Origin: an uncultured Gemmatimonadales bacterium
Lineage (GTDB): Bacteria > Gemmatimonadota > Gemmatimonadetes > Longimicrobiales > RSA9
DNA: 64,000 bases
Assembly (NCBI GenBank): GCA_963741945.1
Contig: CAVUKA010000003.1
Location: 224,001 to 288,000 of the forward strand
Direction of reading: 5' to 3'
Below the pieces are notes generated by a model. It saw only the letters and a list, made by a program, of their open reading frames with translations. It was not told the origin of the DNA and did not search any database. The translations under genes and the position numbers were made by a program. Below are positions 9,480 through 18,481 of this stretch, one piece after another (the stretch's first letter is position 1; the number at the start of each line of letters is the position of its first letter).

Positions 9480-9878
9480 CTACCGCTTCGAGAACTGGAA
9501 CCGCTTGCGGGCCTTCGGGCGGCCCGGCTTCTTCCGCTCCACCTCCCGCGGATCCCGGGTCAGCATCCCGCCGGGGCGCAGCACGGCGCGATACTCTGCG
9601 TCCACCTTCAGCAGCGCCCGGGCCACGCCGAGGCGAACCGCCCCCGCCTGACCCGTCTTGCCTCCGCCCCGCACGATCACCTTCACGTCGAACGTCCCCG
9701 CGTTCTCCGTGGCGTTGAGCGGCTCGCTCGCGTGCTGCTGGTGGAAGTTGCGTGGGAAGTAGTCCTCGATGGGCCGCCCGTTGATCGACCACTCGCCGCG
9801 ACCCGGACGCAGATACACCCGTGCCACGCTGGTCTTGCGGCGGCCGACTCCATGATACTGCTGCACCGTCGTCGCCAT
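9480..9878 (-). CDS. rpsI: 30S ribosomal protein S9
   Basis: GVGRRKTSVARV, C-terminal ARKRFQFSKR. Confidence 0.98.
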   Translation of the reverse strand: MATTVQQYHGVGRRKTSVARVYLRPGRGEWSINGRPIEDYFPRNFHQQHASEPLNATENAGTFDVKVIVRGGGKTGQAGAVRLGVARALLKVDAEYRAVLRPGGMLTRDPREVERKKPGRPKARKRFQFSKR

Positions 9879-10306
9879 CAGATCTCCAGATTCTCCGGCT
9901 GCTGCGCCTCGTGCGGGTGCTCCGCCCCGGCGTAGATCTTCAACTTCTTTCGGATGAGCCGTCCAAGGTTGTTCTTCGGCAGCATCCCTTTCACGGCCAG
10001 CTCGATCACCCGCTCGGGGTGCTCATCGCGCATGCGCGTGAACGGGATGTGCTTCTCGCCCCCCATGTAGCCGCTGTGGCGGAAGTAGGTCTTCTGCTCC
10101 TCCTTCCGGCCGGTCAGCCGAACCTTCTCGGCGTTCACGACCACCACGTAGTCACCCGTGTCCAGGTGCGGCGTGAACATGGGCTTGTGCTTCCCACGAA
10201 GCACTTCTGCCACCCGGGTGGCCAGACGCCCGAGGATCATGTCCTCCGCGTCCACGATCCACCACTTGTGCTCGATGTCGGTGGCCTTCGGTGTGTACGT
10301 CTTCAT
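9878..10306 (-). CDS. rplM: 50S ribosomal protein L13
   Basis: [24 protein letters not shown]. Confidence 0.98.
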   Translation of the reverse strand: MKTYTPKATDIEHKWWIVDAEDMILGRLATRVAEVLRGKHKPMFTPHLDTGDYVVVVNAEKVRLTGRKEEQKTYFRHSGYMGGEKHIPFTRMRDEHPERVIELAVKGMLPKNNLGRLIRKKLKIYAGAEHPHEAQQPENLEI

Positions 10307-10362
10307 GCGCTCGGTCTTCTCGTCAGTGCGGACCCCTGCGGCCCAAGGCGAAACAGCTTTGG

Positions 10363-10391
10363 AGGATAGGCAGACGATGGCGTGGTGTCAA
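10363..10391 (-). promoter_or_regulatory. sigma70 promoter of the rplM operon
   Basis: TTGACA-N17-TATCCT on the minus strand. Confidence 0.8.
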
Positions 10392-10419
10392 GACGGTGCG
10401 GCCGCTGAGGGTAGCCGCG

Positions 10420-11280
10420 TCAGGTGCTCCTGAAGGTCTCGAGAAACCGGGCGCGTGAGGCGTGCCTCAGCCGCAGCAGCGCCTTTTCCTTGATCTGGCG
10501 AACGCGCTCCCGGGTGATTCCGAGGAGGGATCCGATCTCCTCCAGCGTCATCGGCTCCTGACCATCCAGCCCGAAGTAGAGCCGGAGGATCTTGGCCTCG
10601 CGCTCCTTGAGCGTGCCGAGAGCCTCTTCCACCGTATCCAGGAGGGCGCGGTCGTACGTCTCGTCATCCGGGCCGGGCGAGAACTGGTCGGGCAGGTAGT
10701 CCAGGAGCCGGTTGTCTTCCCCGGGCGTGAGCGGGGCGTCGAGAGACAGGTGGGTCTGCGACAGCGACAGGGTGCGTCGCACCTCGTCCTCCGAGAGGTC
10801 CAGCTCATCCGCCAGCTCTTCCACGGTCGGCTCACGCCCGAGCTCCTGCAGCAACAGGGCGGACCGCTTGCCGATCCAATGCAGGGCACCGGCCCGGTTC
10901 AGGGGCACACGCACGATCCGGCTCTGCTCGGCCAGCGCCTGGAGGATCGCCTGCCGGATCCACCAGACGGCGTAGGAGATGAATTTGATCCCCTTGGTTT
11001 CGTCGAATTTGTGCGCGGCGCGGATGAGGCCGAGGTTCCCCTCGTTGATCAGGTCGGAAAGGGCAACACCCTGGTTCTGGTACTTCTTCGCCACGGAAAC
11101 GACGAAGCGGAGATTGGACCGGACCAGCCTGTCCAGCGCCTCCTCCTCCCCCTTGCGGATCCGCTGGGCGAGATCGATCTCCTCCTCCCGGGTCAGCAGC
11201 TTGTAGGCGCTGATCTCCTTCAGGTATTGATCGAGGGAGCTCTCGTCGTACTTGCCCTTGCGCGTGCTGGTGAAGCTCAT
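10420..11280 (-). CDS. RNA polymerase sigma factor, RpoD/SigA family, short form without region 1.1
   Basis: NLRFVVSVAKKY, SYAVWWIRQAI, TLEEIG..ITRERVRQI; 286 aa. Confidence 0.93.
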   Translation of the reverse strand: MSFTSTRKGKYDESSLDQYLKEISAYKLLTREEEIDLAQRIRKGEEEALDRLVRSNLRFVVSVAKKYQNQGVALSDLINEGNLGLIRAAHKFDETKGIKFISYAVWWIRQAILQALAEQSRIVRVPLNRAGALHWIGKRSALLLQELGREPTVEELADELDLSEDEVRRTLSLSQTHLSLDAPLTPGEDNRLLDYLPDQFSPGPDDETYDRALLDTVEEALGTLKEREAKILRLYFGLDGQEPMTLEEIGSLLGITRERVRQIKEKALLRLRHASRARFLETFRST

Positions 11281-11393
11281 GCAACGCTCCGCGAGCGCAG
11301 TTTGGCGTTCCCCGGATCCTGACCGGGGCAAGGATCTATGCCGAGCGTGCGGCGAGCCTCGACCTCTGGCGAGGGATCGCCGCCGCGATGTGG

Positions 11394-12164
11394 CTAGTTC
11401 ACTCCGCCCCCGATCCGGTCCCAGCGGATGTCCGTGAGCCACGGTACGTGAGACAGGGTTCGGGGATTGAACGAGTAATAGACGAAAAGCGGCTTCCCCT
11501 TGATCGCGCTGCCCTCCACGAACCCCCAGTACCGGGAGTCCTCGGAGTCATCGCGGTTGTCACCCAGCACGAAATAGCGGTCCGGCGGCACCACGATGGG
11601 GCCCCAGTTGTCCCGCGTCGGCCGATAGCGCGACCGCCGGGCAGGATCCAGCAGGTAGTCCGCCTGCCAGCTCATGCTCGGAGCGTGCGAGTCCAGCGGA
11701 TCGGCGTGCTGCGCATACGGCTCGGGCACGGCGCGTCCGTCCACGTACAGCACCTTCTCGCGCATGGACAGCGTATCCCCGGGCAGTCCCACGAGGCGCT
11801 TCACGTAGTTCTTCGTTGGGTCGTGGGGCGGCATGAAGACCACCACATCCCCGCGCTCCGGCTCCCCGAAGGCGGGCAGCCGCACGTGCGTACCGGGCAC
11901 CTGTGCCCCATAGACGGCCTTGTTCACCAGCAGGAAATCGCCGACCAGGAGCGTGTTCTCCATGCTCGCCGTCGGGATCCGGAACGCTTCGATCACGAAG
12001 GTTCGCACTACGAGGAAGAGGATGAACGCGATGACAAGCGACTTGATCCATTCCCAAGTCCACCGGCCCACCGAGGCGGCGACGCTGCGAGCACCACGCC
12101 CGTTTCCCGGGGCTGAGTCGCCTGTGTGCGTTCCGCTGGCTCGCTCGGTTCCGGACACGGCCAT
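11394..12164 (-). CDS. lepB: signal peptidase I
   Basis: IPTASMENTL, YVKRLVGLPGD, GDNRDDSEDSRYWG; start uncertain. Confidence 0.95.
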   Translation of the reverse strand: MAVSGTERASGTHTGDSAPGNGRGARSVAASVGRWTWEWIKSLVIAFILFLVVRTFVIEAFRIPTASMENTLLVGDFLLVNKAVYGAQVPGTHVRLPAFGEPERGDVVVFMPPHDPTKNYVKRLVGLPGDTLSMREKVLYVDGRAVPEPYAQHADPLDSHAPSMSWQADYLLDPARRSRYRPTRDNWGPIVVPPDRYFVLGDNRDDSEDSRYWGFVEGSAIKGKPLFVYYSFNPRTLSHVPWLTDIRWDRIGGGVN

Positions 12165-12265
12165 ATGCTTCGGGGTGGCGATTGATCGAACTCCCTGATC
12201 CACGGCCGGGGAGACGGCGGGGAAGAAATCATAGCGCCTCCTACCGTTGCGGGCCACCCCTCGGG

Positions 12266-12296
12266 AAGAAAGGGGCGGCGCCCTCGGCGCCACCCC
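12266..12296 (-). terminator. intrinsic terminator after the aldehyde dehydrogenase gene
   Basis: GGGGTGGCGCC-GAG-GGCGCCGCCCC followed by TTTCTT. Confidence 0.7.
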
Positions 12297-12336
12297 TCTT
12301 CGATCCTCGCTGACCCGGCCGGGGCAGCGGCCTCGC

Positions 12337-13830
12337 TCAGATGTCGTACGTGTCGATCTGGGCCCGCTGGAGACGACCCGAATAGTCCACGTAGACCACC
12401 TTCGTCTCGGTGTAGAAGTCGTAGACCTCCCACCCGCCTTCGCGGTGCCCGTTGCCGGTCTGCTTCACACCGCCGAACGGAAGGTGCGCTTCCGCCCCGA
12501 TGGTCGGCGCGTTGATGTACGTGATCCCGTTGTCCAGCTCCGTCATGGCCAGGAAAGCGCTCCGGACGTCCTCGGTGTAGAGCGCGCTGGACAGCCCGTA
12601 TTCAACCTCGTTGTTGATCCGGATGGCCTCGTCCAGCTCCTTGAACTTGATCACGCTCAGGACGGGCCCGAAGATCTCCTCGCACGCCAGCCGGCTGCCC
12701 GGACGGACGCCCGTGAGGATCGTGGGGTGAAAGAAGAAGCCATCGTCCAGGTCCCCCCCGGTGGCCGCCTTCCCCCCCGTGAGCACCTCGTCCCCTTCGC
12801 CCTGCGCGATCTGCACGTACTCGGCCGTCTTCTCCACGGCCGCCCTGTTGATCATGGGGCCGACATCCGTCTCGTCGAGCAGGCCATCACCCAGCTTGAG
12901 CGACTCGGTCCGGGTCACGAGCTGCCGCACGAACTCGTCATGGATGTCCTCGTGGAGGAGAAGCCGGCTCGTGGCCGTGCAGCGCTGGCCCGTAGTCCCG
13001 AACGCGCCCCAGAGCACGCCTTCCAACGCGAGCTCCATGTTCGCGTCCGGCATCACGATCTGGGCGTTCTTGCCGCCCATTTCCAGGGACAGCCGCTTGT
13101 GCATGCGCCCGCACGTCTCGCCCAGCTTCGACCCCACGCTCGTGGATCCGGTGAACGAGACCAGCGCCACGTCGGGGTGCTCGACGATCCGATTTCCCAC
13201 TTTGCTGCCGCCACCGTGGATGAGCTGCACGGATTCCGGGTGCACGCCCGCTTCCACCAGGATCTCCACCAGAAGCGTGGCGGTATGCGGCACGTCGTGG
13301 GCCGGCTTGAAGACCACGGCGTTGCCGGATACCAGCGCCGGGAAGATCTTCCACGTCGGAATGGCCATCGGGAAGTTGAACGGGGTGATGATCCCGGCCA
13401 CGCCGATCGGCCTGCGGTAGCTCATGGCCCACTTGTCCCGCAGCTCGCTCGGCACGGTGTGCCCGAACAGGCGACGTCCCTCGGAGGCGGCGTAGTACGC
13501 CGTGTCGATCCCCTCCTGCACGTCGCCCCGCGTCTCATCCAGGACCTTGCCCATCTCCCGCGTCATGGCGCGGGCGATTTCCTCCTTGCGTGCCGTCATG
13601 AGGTCGCCCACCCGCCGCAGCACGTCCCCCCGCTGCGGGGCGGGCACCTTCCGCCATGCGGCGAAGCCTCGCTTCGCCGATTCCACCGCCCGGTCCACAT
13701 CCTCCGCGGCCGAAGCCGGGAAGCGCCCGATCAGCTCGCTGGACCGCGCCGGATTGCGGTTCTCCGTGTACTCCCCCGTCGAGGGCTCGACCCACTCCCC
13801 CGCGATGTAGTTCCTGAACGTCTCTGCCAT
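12337..13830 (-). CDS. aldehyde dehydrogenase family protein
   Basis: ITPFNFP, FTGST, LEMGGKN, GQRCT, EEIFGP; SD AGGAGG. Confidence 0.95.
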   Translation of the reverse strand: MAETFRNYIAGEWVEPSTGEYTENRNPARSSELIGRFPASAAEDVDRAVESAKRGFAAWRKVPAPQRGDVLRRVGDLMTARKEEIARAMTREMGKVLDETRGDVQEGIDTAYYAASEGRRLFGHTVPSELRDKWAMSYRRPIGVAGIITPFNFPMAIPTWKIFPALVSGNAVVFKPAHDVPHTATLLVEILVEAGVHPESVQLIHGGGSKVGNRIVEHPDVALVSFTGSTSVGSKLGETCGRMHKRLSLEMGGKNAQIVMPDANMELALEGVLWGAFGTTGQRCTATSRLLLHEDIHDEFVRQLVTRTESLKLGDGLLDETDVGPMINRAAVEKTAEYVQIAQGEGDEVLTGGKAATGGDLDDGFFFHPTILTGVRPGSRLACEEIFGPVLSVIKFKELDEAIRINNEVEYGLSSALYTEDVRSAFLAMTELDNGITYINAPTIGAEAHLPFGGVKQTGNGHREGGWEVYDFYTETKVVYVDYSGRLQRAQIDTYDI

Positions 13831-13964
13831 CAATTCCTCCTGCCGCCCGCGCCGGGCGGTCGTCGTTGTGCCAGGGTCCGGGGCAACCTGCGGGGGCGCC
13901 GCGCTCGCGGCAAGGTCGCGAGGCCCGCCTCGCCGCGTTCTCCCGTCGCCGCCCGCGGCCATGG

Positions 13965-14153
13965 TCACCACCACGCGATCGCCAGCACTGCCGCCACTGT
14001 GAATGCGAGCAGTCCCGAGTAGAAGATCCAGAGCCGGCGGAACGAGAGGGAGGGGTGAATGCGACGAGCCAGGAACGCCAGCGCGGCGCCACCTCCCAGA
14101 GAGCACCCGAGCCAGACCCCGGCGAACAGGGCAATGGCCACGCGGGGACTCAT
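13965..14153 (-). CDS. small two-TM membrane protein
   Basis: 62 aa with two hydrophobic helices; ATGA overlap with the regulator stop. Confidence 0.65.
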   Translation of the reverse strand: MSPRVAIALFAGVWLGCSLGGGAALAFLARRIHPSLSFRRLWIFYSGLLAFTVAAVLAIAWW

Positions 14154-15517
14154 TCCCCCGCTTCCTCCCGGACGAGGTGGTACTTGTCGATCTTCTTGTA
14201 GAGGTTGGAGCGCGGCATCTCGATGGATCGGGCCGTCTCGCTCACGTTCCAGTCATTCTCCCGGAGCTTGCCGAGGATGAACGCGCGCTCCGCCCGGTCC
14301 TTGAACTCCGCGAATGTGCTCGCCCGCATCACATCGGCCGCGAGCCCCCCCTCCTGACCGCCACCAGTGAGACGCTCGACTTCCTGGGGTCCCACTTCCG
14401 GACCGCGCGAGAGGATCAGCAGACGCTCCACCGTATTGCGCAGCTCCCGCACGTTCCCCGGCCAACTGTTACCGGCCAGCCGCTGCACGGCTTCCGGGGT
14501 GAACGTACGCGGCGGCAGCCGCTGCTCCTCCACCGCGCGCTCCGTGAAGTGCCGGACGAGCATGGGGATGTCTTCGCGCCGCTCACGCAACGCCGGCACG
14601 CGGATCGGCACCACGTTCAGACGGAAGAACAGGTCGTCGCGGAACCGGCCCTCGGCGATCTCCTTCCCGATGTCCTTGTTCGTGGCCGCAATGACGCGGA
14701 CGTCTACCTGGATCGCCTTCTCGCCACCCACGCGCGTGATCACACCGTCCTGAAGCGCCCTCAGCACCTTCGCCTGGGCCGACAGGCTCATGTCCCCGAT
14801 CTCGTCCAGGAAGAGCGTGCCGCCGTCCGCCTGCTCGAACTTGCCCGTGCGGTCCATGTGGGCGCCGGTGAACGCGCCCTTGACGTGCCCGAACAGCTCG
14901 CTCTCGATGAGCTCGGACGGGATCGCGGCACAGTTGACTTCCACGAACGGCTCTTCCGCCCGCGATGACACCCGGTGCAGCGCCCGCGCCACCAGCTCCT
15001 TGCCGCTCCCGTTCTCACCCGTGATCAGGACCCGGGCATCGGTGGGCCCCACTTTCTCGATCCGCTCCAGAACCGAGCGGATGGCGAAGCTCCGCCCCAC
15101 GATCTCGTAGCGGCTCTCGACCTCGTCACGGAGCCTCGTGACTTCCTGGTACAGGCCTCGCTGCTGCAGCGCATTGCGGATCGTGACCAGGATCCGATCC
15201 GTGTCCAGCGGCTTTTCGAGGAAATCGTAGGCACCGCGGCGCGTGGCGTCCACGGCGGTCTCGATGGAGCCGTGCCCGCTGATCATCACCACCAGCGCTT
15301 CCGGGTCCCGCTCGCGGAGCCGACCGAGTACTTCGAGGCCGTCCATCCGCTCCATCTTCACGTCCAGGAACGTGAGGTCAGGCCCCCACTCCTCGTGCAG
15401 CGTCAGCGCTTCGCCCCCGCCCGCCGCCGTCCGGACGGCGTGCCCCTCGTACTCCAGCACCTGCTTCAGGACGTGCCGGATCCCTTCCTCGTCGTCCACC
15501 ACCAGGATTCTCGCCAT
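14150..15517 (-). CDS. sigma54-dependent response regulator (NtrC/NtrX family)
   Basis: REC domain (VVDDE, DVKM), GENGSGKE, intact GAFTGA, WPGNVREL, Fis-type HTH. Confidence 0.95.
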   Translation of the reverse strand: MARILVVDDEEGIRHVLKQVLEYEGHAVRTAAGGGEALTLHEEWGPDLTFLDVKMERMDGLEVLGRLRERDPEALVVMISGHGSIETAVDATRRGAYDFLEKPLDTDRILVTIRNALQQRGLYQEVTRLRDEVESRYEIVGRSFAIRSVLERIEKVGPTDARVLITGENGSGKELVARALHRVSSRAEEPFVEVNCAAIPSELIESELFGHVKGAFTGAHMDRTGKFEQADGGTLFLDEIGDMSLSAQAKVLRALQDGVITRVGGEKAIQVDVRVIAATNKDIGKEIAEGRFRDDLFFRLNVVPIRVPALRERREDIPMLVRHFTERAVEEQRLPPRTFTPEAVQRLAGNSWPGNVRELRNTVERLLILSRGPEVGPQEVERLTGGGQEGGLAADVMRASTFAEFKDRAERAFILGKLRENDWNVSETARSIEMPRSNLYKKIDKYHLVREEAGE

Positions 15518-15518
15518 G

Positions 15519-16166
15519 CTAGACGCCCGCCGCCCGGCTGGCCACGAAAACGACAGAGTCGCCGCTGATGTACAGGGTGCGGATCCCCGGCGGCAGAGGG
15601 ACGGCCAGGGCGTTCGGCGGGAGATCGGGCTCGCCCCCACCGCGGAAACGCCGGAGGATGGACGGGATCAGGCGATCGGGGACCGGGATTCCAGCCGCCC
15701 CCAGCTCGTGGATCTCCAGCGCCACGCGGCCGCTGTCCGCGGGCGTGAAGCTACCCACCGCCTTGAGCGTGGTCGTATCCGGGAGGATCGACAGGATCTC
15801 ACGAAGCTCCGGAATGCGGCCGAACCGGGCCGTGGCCACAGCCCCCTCCAGCGTGACCTGTCCGTCTCGCAGCTGGATCCGGGGTCGCGCCACATCCCGC
15901 GGAAGAAAGCCGCCCCACCGGTACTCGATCAAGCTCTGAAGCTCCATCTCGTGCAGCGCCACCCGCTCGCGGCCGCCCGGCGTCCCGAGCTCGGCCAGCT
16001 TCCGATCCGCCTCCGCGGCCAGCTCCGGGGACGCGGCCTCCGGCGGCTGCCGCGTCCTGCCCCACAGGTCGACGATCTCCGACCGGTACAGCCACGCCGC
16101 GAGCAGCAGCGCCCCGATCACCGCCAGCCCGAGGAGCCGGCCCAAACAGCCCCGGAGCAGGAGCAC
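15519..16166 (-). CDS. membrane-anchored hypothetical protein
   Basis: N-terminal TM helix; tightly packed between thpR and the regulator. Confidence 0.75.
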   Translation of the reverse strand: MLLLRGCLGRLLGLAVIGALLLAAWLYRSEIVDLWGRTRQPPEAASPELAAEADRKLAELGTPGGRERVALHEMELQSLIEYRWGGFLPRDVARPRIQLRDGQVTLEGAVATARFGRIPELREILSILPDTTTLKAVGSFTPADSGRVALEIHELGAAGIPVPDRLIPSILRRFRGGGEPDLPPNALAVPLPPGIRTLYISGDSVVFVASRAAGV

Positions 16167-16170
16167 GCGC

Positions 16171-16764
16171 TCAGCCCTTGATGCGCGCCATGATGTCCGC
16201 GGCCGCCGTCCCGAGCTTCGCCGCCACCCGCCGCTCGTAGCGCGCTCCCTTCGGCGACAGGTGACTCTCCATCAGGTCGATGGTCCGGACGTTGATCTCC
16301 GCGGAGTACTGCAGCGCGGACACCATGTCTTCGAAGTCCCGGAAATCACCGGCCCGGGCCGTGGGCTGCGCCCGACCCAGCGTGAGGTGCGGGTGGAACG
16401 CGCGGACTTCCCGCTCGAATCCCAGCGGCGCCAGCTCCCACTCCAGATCATGCTTGAGACAGCGGAGCTCCGGCGACGCTTCCGCCCCGAGCCAGATCAC
16501 TTTCGGGCGGCGCATCGTCGGGAACGCCCCTGCGCCACCCAACTTCACGACGAACGGCTTGGTCTTTTCCGCGACGCGGGCCACGGCTTGCTGCACTTCC
16601 CGGAGTCGCTCCGGGCGGACCTCGCCCAGGAACTTCAGCGTCATGTGCAGCTGATCCGTGTCCACCCACCGGACCGGAAGGGGCGACTCGTGCATACGCC
16701 GCGCCGCCCGGGTCATGCGCTGGCGATCCTTGGCCGTGAAGTTGATCGCTACGAAAAGTCTCAT
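16171..16764 (-). CDS. thpR: RNA 2',3'-cyclic phosphodiesterase
   Basis: MRLFVAI, HMTLKFLG and HLTLGR 2H motifs. Confidence 0.95.
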   Translation of the reverse strand: MRLFVAINFTAKDRQRMTRAARRMHESPLPVRWVDTDQLHMTLKFLGEVRPERLREVQQAVARVAEKTKPFVVKLGGAGAFPTMRRPKVIWLGAEASPELRCLKHDLEWELAPLGFEREVRAFHPHLTLGRAQPTARAGDFRDFEDMVSALQYSAEINVRTIDLMESHLSPKGARYERRVAAKLGTAAADIMARIKG

Positions 16765-16777
16765 CAGCTCCCTGGGT

Positions 16778-17002
16778 TCAATCCCGCCCCGGTGTCAAAT
16801 CCAGGGCCACGTACCGGAATCCGAGCGCCCGGATCTCCGCGGCGAGGCTGGTCACTCGCTCCAGCTCCCCGAGTCCGACCCGCACGGCAGCGATGTCCGC
16901 GGCCGCCCCGACGGCGTCCACCCTCGCCTGCATGCCGGCCCGGCGAAGCAACTCTTCCACTCGTGCCGCTCGGAGCGCCGGCGTCGCTTCGTCCCGCGTC
17001 AC
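16778..17002 (-). CDS. 74-aa protein resembling the LarE C-terminal domain
   Basis: GTGA overlap with the larE stop; ends LGFRYVALDL; fills the larE-thpR gap. Confidence 0.7.
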   Translation of the reverse strand: MTRDEATPALRAARVEELLRRAGMQARVDAVGAAADIAAVRVGLGELERVTSLAAEIRALGFRYVALDLTPGRD

Positions 17003-17823
17003 ATCTCCAGCTTCACCAGGGTCTCGTCCATTGCCCCTCGTCGGTACCCGTCCACGTCGAGCAGGATTCGTTCGAAGCCGAGCTCGAGAAGCCGCGCCGC
17101 ACTCTCCGCCACCCGCGCAGCGGCCCCTTCGAGCTCCGCCGCAGCCACTTCTACACGGGCGACACTCCCGTGGTGCCGTACGCGAAACTCCTTCAGGTCC
17201 TGCTCGCGCAGCACCGCCTCGGCCGCTTCGACCTGCGCCAGCCGCTCGGGCGTCACGGCCAGCCCGTATTCGAGACGGCTGGCCAGACACGGAGACGATG
17301 GCTGGTCCCACGTGGGCAGACCCTGCTCGCGCGAGAGCACCCGGATCTCCGCTTTCGTCAGCCCCGCTTCCTGCAATGGCGAGCGAACGCCCCGCTCGCG
17401 GCCGGCCCGCGTACCCGGACGACGTTCCGCGGCGTCATCCGCGTTCGCCCCGTCCACCACCGTCCGCAGACCATGCTCGCACGCGACCGTGCCAAGCCGG
17501 GACCAGAGCTCGCTCTTGCAGAAGTAGCAGCGATCGACGGGGTTGGCGGCGTAGCGGGGGTCCAGGAGCTCGCGGGTGTCGACCTCCTGATGAGGGATGC
17601 CGAACCGCGCCACGCACTCCATGGCCATCCGGTGCTGGACTTCCGGGTACGCGCTGGACCGGCCCGTGACTGCCAGGACCTTTCCCGATCCCAGCACGTC
17701 CAGCGCCGTCTTCGCCAGGAACACGCTGTCCACTCCACCGGAATAGCCCACGCAGACGGAGTGGCAATCCTCGAGCGCACTCACCAGCGCCCGGCGCTTG
17801 GACTCCAGCAACACTCGATCCAA
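16999..17823 (-). CDS. larE: ATP-dependent sulfur transferase LarE
   Basis: YSGGVDS PP-loop, NPVDRCYFCK, SPCLASR; TTG start with SD AAGGAG. Confidence 0.92.
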   Translation of the reverse strand: MDRVLLESKRRALVSALEDCHSVCVGYSGGVDSVFLAKTALDVLGSGKVLAVTGRSSAYPEVQHRMAMECVARFGIPHQEVDTRELLDPRYAANPVDRCYFCKSELWSRLGTVACEHGLRTVVDGANADDAAERRPGTRAGRERGVRSPLQEAGLTKAEIRVLSREQGLPTWDQPSSPCLASRLEYGLAVTPERLAQVEAAEAVLREQDLKEFRVRHHGSVARVEVAAAELEGAAARVAESAARLLELGFERILLDVDGYRRGAMDETLVKLEM

Positions 17824-17953
17824 CCGTGCTCCTTCTCTCGGTCCCCGTGCCGCGCCCGGCGCGAAGCTACCGCATCCGCCCCTGCAGGACAACACGCGAA
17901 AGGCGTGACGCTTGACGGAAACGGGCCTGAAGGATACCCATCCGCCAACTTCC

Positions 17954-18475
17954 ATGCACAAGCAGACGCGGTCCGCCACTCTGGCGGCGGTCACGGGCCC
18001 CGGAGTCGAGTGCGCGGCCCGAACGCGGCCGCCATCGCGGCGGCGCCCCGCGCCGGCCCCGCTGCGCGTGCTCGCCACCACCGCCATGGCCTGCCTCATG
18101 GTGAGCGGCTGCGGAAGGGGGGCCACCGAGCCCCGCCCCGTGTGCGGACAATCCCCCCCGATCCTCCCAGGGGCCGCGCTGGCGGGCAAGCTCGAGCCCG
18201 GAGACGCGACGCGTGGCAATGCCCTGATCGACTACTATACGCTCCGCCTCACTCATCCCACCGCGCTCCTGGTCCGTATGAGCGCACAGGGTTACACACC
18301 ACTTCTCTTCCTTTTCGATGCCGACGCCCGGCTCATCGGCCAGGCCTACGATCCCGACCGAGGCCCCCTGGCGGAGCTGCACTACCCGGCCGCCGCCGGC
18401 TGCTACATCATTGGGGCGGGCGCGTGGGACCCGGACGGCAGGGGCCCCTACACCCTGGAAGTGATGCTCCAGTAG
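17954..18475 (+). CDS. putative lipoprotein with a PPC-like beta-sandwich domain; start uncertain
   Basis: Lipobox-like LMVSGC; DYYTL..., GCYIIGA...GPYTLEV pattern. Confidence 0.6.
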   Translation: MHKQTRSATLAAVTGPGVECAARTRPPSRRRPAPAPLRVLATTAMACLMVSGCGRGATEPRPVCGQSPPILPGAALAGKLEPGDATRGNALIDYYTLRLTHPTALLVRMSAQGYTPLLFLFDADARLIGQAYDPDRGPLAELHYPAAAGCYIIGAGAWDPDGRGPYTLEVMLQ

Positions 18476-18481
18476 GAACAC

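Noticed and set aside
10877-10879. Trp (TGG) where Arg might be expected in the sigma factor (ALHWIGK), and similarly ERGWG near 50020
   Set aside because: Single substitutions that I cannot tell apart from natural variation or base-call error without alignments or reads.
11328-11343. CGGCATAGATCCTTGC upstream of the sigma factor gene as a sigma54 promoter
   Set aside because: GG-to-GC spacing is 11 nt rather than the strict 10.
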